This document shows, piece by piece, positions 56,559-64,000 of a stretch of DNA of 64,000 bases. Source of the stretch: Bdellovibrionales bacterium (GTDB lineage: Bacteria > Bdellovibrionota > Bdellovibrionia > Bdellovibrionales > UBA1609); the NCBI GenBank assembly GCA_965199825.1, contig OZ241329.1:1248001-1312000 (forward strand), written 5' to 3'. Below the pieces are notes generated by a model. The model saw only the letters and a list, made by a program, of their open reading frames with translations, did no database searches and was not told where the DNA came from. The translations under genes and the position numbers were made by a program. Positions within the stretch are counted from its first letter, which is position 1. Each line of letters begins with the position of its first letter.

Positions 56559-58184
56559 ATGAGCTCAGAAGAAGGTAAAAATCGTCTTAAGGAACTTGCT
56601 GATTACAAGATTCTAGACACCGAGCCCGAAGAGCAATTTAATAAATTGGTCGCAATGGCCGCTGCCATCTGCGAAGTTCCAATCGGAAAAATTTCATTCG
56701 GCGATGGCAACCGGAGATGGGTCAAAGCTTGTGTGGGAAGCGATCCGTTAGAAACTCCCTTAGACTTTTCTTTTTGCGAAGCCGTAACTGAATCGCGTAA
56801 GCAAATGATTATCTCAGATCTCTCAAAAGATCCACGCTTTGCAAATAACCCTATGGTTGTTGATTCCTCTCATTTTCGTTTTTATGCCGGTTTTCCACTG
56901 ATCAGCAATGGACATGTTCTTGGCACGTTATGCGTGATTGACACAAAGCCTCGCACCTTAAAACCAGTCCAAATTGAATTCCTACAAATTTTGGCGAGCG
57001 AAGTTTTGAGTCATCTGAAATTGCGCAGAACATTGCTTGAGCTCAACGGCGCACAGGCCGCGATTGCCGAAGAAAACAACAGATTTAATAATCTGGTGAA
57101 TCATCTTAAAGAAGCTGTATTTCAAACAGATTATGAAGGGCATTGGACTTATCTTAGTCCTGCATGGACTGAAATTTTAGGATATTCTATAGAAGAAAGT
57201 TTAAAAAAATCTTTTATAGACTACCTCCATCCTGATGATCAATTGTTGACTGGATTTGAACCCTTGCTCAATGGTGATGTGACTTTCGTTCGCCGCCAAG
57301 TTCGGTATCTCAAAAAAAGTGGCGACTACTGTCCGATGGAAGTTTCTATTAGCGTCACCTATGGCAAAAAAGGTGAGATTCTTGGACTTACCGGAACTTT
57401 GACCGACATCACCCAAAAATTGATCAATGAAAAAATAATGGAAGATCAAAGACTCAAGATGATCCACTCAGGAAGACTGTATTCTCTTGGTGAAATGGCT
57501 GCAGGCATCGCTCACGAGATCAATAATCCCTTAGCGATTATTCGTGGTGCGGCTCAGGTCTTACAGCTCTCGGTGAAAGACAACAGCGTTGATGTGCTCA
57601 GCGTGAAAGAGACCGCGGCAAAAATTGATTCGACTGTTAGTCGCATTTCTAAGATTATTTCTGGCCTTCGATCCTTTGCGCGTGATGGTGGAACAGATCC
57701 TTTTGTTTCAACCTCGATCAAGGCGGTGATCACAGAGGCTTTGGAATTGTGTCAGTCACGATTTCGCAATCATGGCATTGGCCTTATTGTTGAAAATACT
57801 GAAACCGATTTGCATATTCAATGTCGTCCCGTTCAAATTTCTCAAGCCATTTTGAATTTGCTCAATAATGCTTTTGACGCGATCGAAAAATTAGAACGCA
57901 AACAAATTCGAATTCAACTGATCGAAGCAACAGAGGTCATCAAGATCAATGTTTATGATTCGGGCAAGGGAATTCCTGAAGAGTTGTTAGCCAAAGTCAT
58001 GCAACCCTTCTTTTCGACCAAAGGTCCCAATCGTGGGATGGGTTTGGGTTTGAGTTTGTCTAAGGGACTTATCGAGAGTCATGGGGGCTCGCTGGAGCTC
58101 AGCACGGTCTATGGCTGGACATGTTTTACGATCACCTTACCAAAAAAACAGGCGAGCCCATCGGCTGTGCGAATCGCGAGTTAA
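56559..58184 (+). CDS. GAF-PAS sensor histidine kinase
   Basis: GAF (LDTEPE, RFYAGFPL, GTLCVID), PAS, AHEINNPL, NAFDA, DSG.G, FFSTK, GLGL. Confidence 0.93.
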   Translation: MSSEEGKNRLKELADYKILDTEPEEQFNKLVAMAAAICEVPIGKISFGDGNRRWVKACVGSDPLETPLDFSFCEAVTESRKQMIISDLSKDPRFANNPMVVDSSHFRFYAGFPLISNGHVLGTLCVIDTKPRTLKPVQIEFLQILASEVLSHLKLRRTLLELNGAQAAIAEENNRFNNLVNHLKEAVFQTDYEGHWTYLSPAWTEILGYSIEESLKKSFIDYLHPDDQLLTGFEPLLNGDVTFVRRQVRYLKKSGDYCPMEVSISVTYGKKGEILGLTGTLTDITQKLINEKIMEDQRLKMIHSGRLYSLGEMAAGIAHEINNPLAIIRGAAQVLQLSVKDNSVDVLSVKETAAKIDSTVSRISKIISGLRSFARDGGTDPFVSTSIKAVITEALELCQSRFRNHGIGLIVENTETDLHIQCRPVQISQAILNLLNNAFDAIEKLERKQIRIQLIEATEVIKINVYDSGKGIPEELLAKVMQPFFSTKGPNRGMGLGLSLSKGLIESHGGSLELSTVYGWTCFTITLPKKQASPSAVRIAS

Positions 58185-58185
58185 A

Positions 58186-58215
58186 CCGTCTCAATATCAA
58201 ACAAGTGTGAGACGG
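58186..58215. repeat. Intergenic inverted repeat CCGTCTCA-N14-TGAGACGG
   Basis: Perfect 8-bp arms and no U-tract; could be a protein-binding site or a weak terminator. Confidence 0.55.
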
Positions 58216-58246
58216 CTTGTGTGAACCATGGTATCCTAAAACAACA

Positions 58247-60124
58247 TTGAAAAAACTCGGCGTTTTAGCCTTACTCATTTTGCCGCTCGTATTATTTCAA
58301 AATTGTTCAAAATTGAGCAGCACTCTCTTTGTGACCTCGTTGTCTTCAAATGCAGGATTCGCATTAGATCAAAAATTTACATCGACAAAAATGATTTCGA
58401 ATCAAAACCAAATTATTTTTACAGGCGTGTGTGCTGCGGGCTCTGAGATCACCATTCAAGATCAAACAGAAACTTTGACCACGAACTGTCAAAATGGATC
58501 TTGGAGTTGGACCTCTGTGAGTTCGACCGGTGGATTAAGAACCTATTCATTTACCCAAAATAATGTGAGCCTGTCGATGCGGGTATTGCGAAACTTTTCG
58601 CTCAACGGATCCTTTGCCGAAGGGGCAACCGACAGCGATGATATTTTTGTATTTACTATGGGCTCTCAATTGATGCTGGTTCAAAATCCATTTCATGCCA
58701 CAGACTTTACTGGCACATCCATTTTTAGCGAGTCCAATCCGATTCAAGCGGTTGCTCTGAATCCTTCGGGGCGACAGGCCTACTACGTGATGGGTGGAAA
58801 TCTTTATTGTTATGCATTTTCAAATCTTGATGAAAATGACAACTGTCGCAACCGACGAGCCGATGCCCATACTCTGCAAGCAACCAATATTCAGATGCAT
58901 GGCGTGCTCGCACAAATATCAGGAACTGCTGATAAAGCCGAGTGGATCGCACCTTCAACAATCAATGTGCAGTCTCAAGGGATCGTAATTTCATCGTATC
59001 AAATCCCAAAGCCCACACTGATCACCCAAAATTTAAAGGTGGGTGTAAATATAAAAATGAATGGCGATGCTTACCAAATGGGAGCCGACGCCATTTTTAA
59101 AAAACTTTCTGATAATGGATTTAAAAGTGCTCGTTTGTTCTTAGGAATTCCACCCCTCACCGCAACCCAAACATTTAATGATACTGTGGGATACTTAAGA
59201 ACCTACGTCACCGCCGCCCAAAAATACGGAATACAAATTTATTTAAATTATCAGGTGGAGTGGATTGTTTGCCCCTCGGATAGCTTCACATTTCAAACTC
59301 AAGATCAAAATGCAATTTATCAAAGTGCCTACCAAACCACTCAAGCGTTTGTTGATCATTTTAAAAATGATATTGTCGAGTGGGAACTTGGCAATGAGCT
59401 CGATCTGAAAAGTGGAACATCAAATTCACCCGGCGGTTGGCCCTATGGATTTCAAGCAGCCGATTGGGATCAAGTTTCGGCTCACGGAAGCTCCGATTAT
59501 TACGGAAATTTTGCCGCCGCTCTTAAAGGGGCTTCTGATGCGATCAACGCTGTGAATACCGCCTCGGGCACTCATATGAAACGGATCGTAAATTCTACGG
59601 GCACCCATCTTGGATTATGGAAATTTTTAATTTCTAAAAATGTTCAGTTCGACGAGATTTCGTATCACTATTACCAAACATCGGGCACTTCGGCTTATGC
59701 CTATGCGACCACCGATCCTAATTACCCGGGCTCTCAAGCATGGAACGTGGTGGGAAGTCTTGCCCAGTTTAATAAGCCTGTCCAGATTACCGAATTCAAT
59801 TGCGGCGAAATCTATAATGACAGTTTTCAAAATACATCGAGTGATCCACTTTACGCCCAATGTTTAAAGAGCTTAAAAGTTCAACTGAATTATTGGACCA
59901 AACAAACTGTGTTTGATCTCTCGGCAATTTATGCCTACGAGCTTTTTGATGAGCCCTCGCAACCCGATATCCACGAAAAACATTTTGGTTTATTTTATGC
60001 CCTAAATGATGGCTCGACCTCACCCAAATCGACCCTGTCGATTTGGCAATCTTTGGCCGGCATCACGCTCACCCAAGCCCAAATCGATGATCTTAAAGGT
60101 TATAACGTCTGGCCGCTGTTTTAA
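58247..60124 (+). CDS. FQNC-lipobox lipoprotein with C-terminal clan GH-A glycoside hydrolase domain
   Basis: LVLFQNC signal; WELGNE (acid/base), SYHYY, ITEFN (nucleophile), YELFDE, HFGL. Confidence 0.75.
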   Translation: MKKLGVLALLILPLVLFQNCSKLSSTLFVTSLSSNAGFALDQKFTSTKMISNQNQIIFTGVCAAGSEITIQDQTETLTTNCQNGSWSWTSVSSTGGLRTYSFTQNNVSLSMRVLRNFSLNGSFAEGATDSDDIFVFTMGSQLMLVQNPFHATDFTGTSIFSESNPIQAVALNPSGRQAYYVMGGNLYCYAFSNLDENDNCRNRRADAHTLQATNIQMHGVLAQISGTADKAEWIAPSTINVQSQGIVISSYQIPKPTLITQNLKVGVNIKMNGDAYQMGADAIFKKLSDNGFKSARLFLGIPPLTATQTFNDTVGYLRTYVTAAQKYGIQIYLNYQVEWIVCPSDSFTFQTQDQNAIYQSAYQTTQAFVDHFKNDIVEWELGNELDLKSGTSNSPGGWPYGFQAADWDQVSAHGSSDYYGNFAAALKGASDAINAVNTASGTHMKRIVNSTGTHLGLWKFLISKNVQFDEISYHYYQTSGTSAYAYATTDPNYPGSQAWNVVGSLAQFNKPVQITEFNCGEIYNDSFQNTSSDPLYAQCLKSLKVQLNYWTKQTVFDLSAIYAYELFDEPSQPDIHEKHFGLFYALNDGSTSPKSTLSIWQSLAGITLTQAQIDDLKGYNVWPLF

Positions 60125-60969
60125 GGAGTTGAAGAGCTCGAGGGTGGATTATTTTCGACCATTGCATTGCCGTGAAATCTTTTGTTCATCGAATTTTGCA
60201 GAGCAACCTTAAAAGCTTCGGGATCAAATGGATTCGAGGTGCATTGAGCAACCAACTGCGCTCCCGATTTTTCGATCTCTAAAGACATACTGCCCTTGGA
60301 GTGAGCTTCGTCCATACAACTGCTTTTGAATTTAACCGTACCATCGTTCATCAATTTGCCTTCAGCAATTTTATGATCACTGGTCTCAACTCGTAATCCG
60401 TTTTTGTCACAGGTTGCCGATAAAATTTTAAGCTCTCCCTGCTCTCGGGGTGCACACGGCACAAGAGTTGACCCCAATGCCACACCCACGGCATGGGTGG
60501 TTGTGTTTTTAACATTGAGCCAAAAAGAGGGGGCTGTGGGAGCTGAGGTCGCCCAGCCCAAAATCACAGTTTGTATGGCAGCTTCGCCCAAAGGGGCTGC
60601 GATAGCCTGAGGGATAAAAAATGAAAAGTGAGATTGTCCGGGTCGCATGCGCTGGTACGCATCCTCAACAGCCACATCAAATGATTTTGAAGAATCGGTT
60701 TTGTAATTCACACCGTTGTAGGTAAATGTTTTGTTGTCCGAGCTAAATTTTATTTCGCGTCCGGAGAGCCAAACCGTTTTGTGTTTGACTGTGACCGGAA
60801 CCAGTTGATCGAGATTTATTTTTTTTGCGTCAACAAATCGGGTGATGCCGTCGGCTTCAGATTTGGATTTTTCGGAAAGCAAAACGGTTAAGAGACTTCT
60901 TAAGTTGGGTTTAGCCAACTCGGCGGCATGAGCATTGATAATAAAAAAAGATAAGATTAGAGTTTTCAA
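60121..60969 (-). CDS. Hypothetical secreted protein
   Basis: Signal peptide ending AHA, SD GAGGTG; internal second signal-like motif FFIPQAIA. Confidence 0.65.
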   Translation of the reverse strand: MKTLILSFFIINAHAAELAKPNLRSLLTVLLSEKSKSEADGITRFVDAKKINLDQLVPVTVKHKTVWLSGREIKFSSDNKTFTYNGVNYKTDSSKSFDVAVEDAYQRMRPGQSHFSFFIPQAIAAPLGEAAIQTVILGWATSAPTAPSFWLNVKNTTTHAVGVALGSTLVPCAPREQGELKILSATCDKNGLRVETSDHKIAEGKLMNDGTVKFKSSCMDEAHSKGSMSLEIEKSGAQLVAQCTSNPFDPEAFKVALQNSMNKRFHGNAMVENNPPSSSSTP

Positions 60970-61025
60970 AATTCACCTCGCTTCGAGATAAATTTAAAAC
61001 TAAAAAATCATGATTACAAATTACT

Positions 61026-61769
61026 TTATTTAAAACAAGACGTGTAAGGTTTTATTTGTGTCTGCATCAGTCCCGCAAAAAGTGTACTGAGTTCTAATGA
61101 GTTTCGCACATTGTAGCACTGTACCGATGCCGAGCCAGATGAAACAAATCCATCCACCTGAGCGCCTGATTTTGGCGAAAAGTTTTTAACACCGGTGTAA
61201 CAAAACGTTTGATCAGGCAGAGTGGTTTGGGCTGCAGAGTCGAGTGTTAAAACACAAAACGGCAAAGCCAATTTTGAAACAGTGCTTGCGAAATCAAAAG
61301 CGCTGCCGCTTCGCACGCCTAAGTGTTCATATTTTTTTTGCTTCTTTTCGATCTCAGCCTGATGCTGAAGTTGTTGTAAAATCCAATCATTGATGGGCGC
61401 GGCCTCAGGAATCTGAGGTGCGATCAAGTAGCTTTGATCATGGACAAATCGAAACGATGTGGTCACCGCAAGTAAATTAGGAATACTTAAAGTGGGTAAT
61501 AAATTTTTATTTGAGTTGCCGATCACAAACTTTTTGAGATTGAGTTTAAGTTCTTGCGATTTTTCAAGCAGCAAAAGATTCCAATCATTTTTTAAGCTGT
61601 TTGAAAGATAAATCAGATCTTCGGGTGTTTCATATTTAAATGGTCCACACACATCCGCAGGGCAAGCTTCGGTCTGAGCTGCCGGAGTTGGAGTTTGGCG
61701 AGTTGAAGTTTTATCTCCAGCACTGCAGCCCAAAAGCATAAAACAAATAAAAATCGCTGACGACTTCAT
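61026..61769 (-). CDS. Hypothetical lipoprotein
   Basis: Lipobox LLG-C after ATG 61769, SD AAGGA. Confidence 0.65.
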   Translation of the reverse strand: MKSSAIFICFMLLGCSAGDKTSTRQTPTPAAQTEACPADVCGPFKYETPEDLIYLSNSLKNDWNLLLLEKSQELKLNLKKFVIGNSNKNLLPTLSIPNLLAVTTSFRFVHDQSYLIAPQIPEAAPINDWILQQLQHQAEIEKKQKKYEHLGVRSGSAFDFASTVSKLALPFCVLTLDSAAQTTLPDQTFCYTGVKNFSPKSGAQVDGFVSSGSASVQCYNVRNSLELSTLFAGLMQTQIKPYTSCFK

Positions 61770-61893
61770 TTCGGTTCCTTTTACAAGGGAGTGACAATTT
61801 TTGTCGTCCAGGTCGGATTCAATTGGTGTTTGAACGGTCCACTTGGGCAACTCTTAAGATGAGAGCAAACGGTGAACCATGGTACCGCCAGTA

Positions 61894-63174
61894 TTAAAGG
61901 CGGACCATCAAGGCAAAATTGATTCTGTCTTCGACTTTGACCAAGTCGGGGGTAAATGAAGGCACGTCGGAGCCCGGCAGACCCATGTTTCCACCCACAG
62001 GTGTGATTCCGTTAGGCCCAGAAAAATAGGGGACATCGGCCTGGCGGTGAACGAATTCGACGCGGTAAGTGATATATTGTTTTGGCATATAATCAAAACT
62101 TGTTGAGGCATCCCAAGCATGAAAGGGATCGCCAGCATTGGTGGTAAAACTACTTGTTCCCGATGCGGCTGTTGCTCCGTTCACTGCGGGCATAAGGACC
62201 AAATATCGCCCGGGATTTGAAACATAGCCTCCGCCAAATGTGACAGCATAATGATCGTGCTCAAACCAAAGTCGGTTGTAAAACATCAGGCCCAAAAAAT
62301 TTTGATTCCCACAAGAAACCCCGTCTCCAGTTTCGCAACCCACATCCGCCGTAAATGAAAGTGCTGCCTTACTTAAATTTGCCGCTGGTCGGTCGAGATA
62401 TTTGTATTGCAGACTATTGTCACTATGAAATCTATGGCGTTCGGGTGTGGTGAGCCAATCTTCTCCGTAATATTCATTTGTGACAAAGGACCAATTGCCT
62501 GTTGGGCGCCACAGCACTTGAAATCCAATTCCTGGGGCCTCGTTAAACATCCCATAAGATTGCCAACCATTTACCAGCCATATTTCGTATTTTAATTTGT
62601 CTGTGGGAAAAATCTGGAGCCTGAGTCCGTTAAAATACCAAGGCGTATTGGCCGAGACATAGGACATTTGATAGATCCAATTTTCAAAATTATAATAGCT
62701 GCACAGACCGATGTAGGACATAAAAATGCCGGCATCGAGATTGATGCCTTCTAAAACATCAAAGTGATATCCACCATAAGCCTCAGACAAATAGCGATAA
62801 GCATTGTCCATGTTCCATTGACCGCGAGTGGGGCTTGGATCATTTCGCGGAATCATTGTGGAATAAAGACCAAACTGTGTCATCACTCGCCCGCGCACAT
62901 TTTCAAAATTAAAATCACCTCCAATACCAAGGTGCTGAACCTGAAACTCGCTGGTGCGACCGGTGTTTGTCGAACCGACCAAGGTGTGATCTTTTGGATT
63001 ATTAAAGTCGTGAACATAATTTGTATCGAGGGTAAACTGTCCAACAAAATTTTTAGTTGTGAGTGGAAAAGTGGTTTGTCGGCTATTGCCATTGAGCCAG
63101 GAGAAGTCGGCAAACGAAAAAGGTTCGGCGTAACTTTTAATTAAAAACAGAAACGTGAAGATGATGATATTCAT
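61894..63174 (-). CDS. Putative outer-membrane porin (beta-barrel)
   Basis: Signal peptide; SEAYGGY, DAGIFMSYIG, TPWYFNGLR, VNGW; amphipathic terminal strand. Confidence 0.8.
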   Translation of the reverse strand: MNIIIFTFLFLIKSYAEPFSFADFSWLNGNSRQTTFPLTTKNFVGQFTLDTNYVHDFNNPKDHTLVGSTNTGRTSEFQVQHLGIGGDFNFENVRGRVMTQFGLYSTMIPRNDPSPTRGQWNMDNAYRYLSEAYGGYHFDVLEGINLDAGIFMSYIGLCSYYNFENWIYQMSYVSANTPWYFNGLRLQIFPTDKLKYEIWLVNGWQSYGMFNEAPGIGFQVLWRPTGNWSFVTNEYYGEDWLTTPERHRFHSDNSLQYKYLDRPAANLSKAALSFTADVGCETGDGVSCGNQNFLGLMFYNRLWFEHDHYAVTFGGGYVSNPGRYLVLMPAVNGATAASGTSSFTTNAGDPFHAWDASTSFDYMPKQYITYRVEFVHRQADVPYFSGPNGITPVGGNMGLPGSDVPSFTPDLVKVEDRINFALMVRL

Positions 63175-63244
63175 TAAGACCTTTCGACCAGCTAAGGAAC
63201 AGTTTAATAACTGTTGGCCAATTCAAACAAAAGGACAAGCGGTA

Positions 63245-63607
63245 ATGAACAATAAAACTCCTCCACCAAAGAATTGCGAAAGCTGCGGCCGGCCGATGGA
63301 GTACCGCAAAAAATGGGCGCGCAATTGGGATGAGGTCAAATATTGCAGTGAGGAATGTCGCCGCAATAAAAACCAGTTTGACTATCGCGATCAGATTTTA
63401 AGTTTGCTTGAAAACCGGGGTTTGCAAAAAACAATCTGCCCAAGTGAAGTTTTGTCTCCAAATGACAAACAAAACTCAGGTATGATGGAACACGTTCGTA
63501 GAAGTGCAAGACGTCTTGCAAATGAAGGAAAAATTGATATTACCCAAAATGGAAAGCGTGTAGACCCCGAAAATTTTAAAGGGCCTATCCGGTTGAGATT
63601 AAAATGA
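63245..63607 (+). CDS. DUF2256 Zn-finger fused to DUF3253 domain
   Basis: KNCESCGRPMEYRKKW...WDEVKYCSEECR, then KTICPSEV...ITQ.G..VDP...KGPIRLR. Confidence 0.85.
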   Translation: MNNKTPPPKNCESCGRPMEYRKKWARNWDEVKYCSEECRRNKNQFDYRDQILSLLENRGLQKTICPSEVLSPNDKQNSGMMEHVRRSARRLANEGKIDITQNGKRVDPENFKGPIRLRLK

Positions 63608-64000
63608 TGGAAATTACAACTCAATATTTATCAGGCTTAGTGTTGCTCTCTTTTTTGGTAGCAATCGCGGCATCGTTTGTCGCACTTGATATGGTACAAA
63701 GTCTTTCGCATGCAAAGGGTTCAAGTAAACTCTTTTGGTTGACCGGAGGCTCACTCGCAATGGGCTGCGGAATTTGGAGTATGCATTTTATCGGCATGCT
63801 CGCCTTTGATATGCCCGGTATGACCATGGGTTATGATATTCAGCTCTTAATTTTATCGATCGTTGTGGCGGTGGCCGGCTCGGCCTTTGCCCTCCTGATC
63901 ATGAGTAAAAATCCGATTTCACACACGATGTTGTCAATGAGCGCGTGTGCGATGGCTTGCGCAATTGCGGGCATGCATTACATCGGAATGTTTTCGATGC
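63604..64000 (+). CDS. MHYT-domain membrane sensor, truncated by the window edge (absent from the ORF track)
   Basis: MMEITTQYLSGLVLLSFLVAIAASFVALD...GIWSMHFIGMLAF...IAGMHYIGM; ATGA overlap with the upstream gene. Confidence 0.9.
   Translation, partial: MMEITTQYLSGLVLLSFLVAIAASFVALDMVQSLSHAKGSSKLFWLTGGSLAMGCGIWSMHFIGMLAFDMPGMTMGYDIQLLILSIVVAVAGSAFALLIMSKNPISHTMLSMSACAMACAIAGMHYIGMFSM

Noticed and set aside
40658..60124. Four-base convergent stop overlaps (40658-40661, 44411-44414, 60121-60124)
   Set aside because: A common consequence of genome compaction.
1..64000. tRNA, rRNA or prophage
   Set aside because: None recognised; the fibre gene has a signal peptide and no phage structural neighbours.

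Overview
Chromosomal window from a compact, moderately AT-rich bacterium, most likely Bdellovibrionota. That placement is inferred from a TIGR02147/DUF4423-type protein, an FQNC-lipobox protein, a giant phage-tail-fibre-like adhesin and DUF222-like HNH proteins. Core content: valS, rnr, an ABC1/UbiB kinase, base-excision/alkylation repair genes (mpg, ung, alkA, ogt), a near-complete shikimate-to-menaquinone supercluster (aroB, aroA, fused aroK-aroD-aroE, aroC, DAHP synthase, menFDHBACE, menG/ubiE), an OmpA/Ig/tail-fibre adhesin operon, an IS1/IS1595-like element with terminal inverted repeats, and a chemosensory island with two CheA hybrids. The best candidate for an undescribed system is a pair of paralogous HNH endonuclease loci (21559-22380 intact; <1-723 with one in-frame TAG). 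Each is preceded, on the gene's own strand, by copies of the 12-bp core TGTCGTGCCCGC: nine copies at about 56-bp period at one locus and two at the other. A leader of conserved length and landmarks follows, and each ORF carries an inverted copy of the same core. A second unannotated element is a highly structured minus-strand small-RNA candidate at about 3743-3865. All calls come from reading motifs by eye; no database searches were run.
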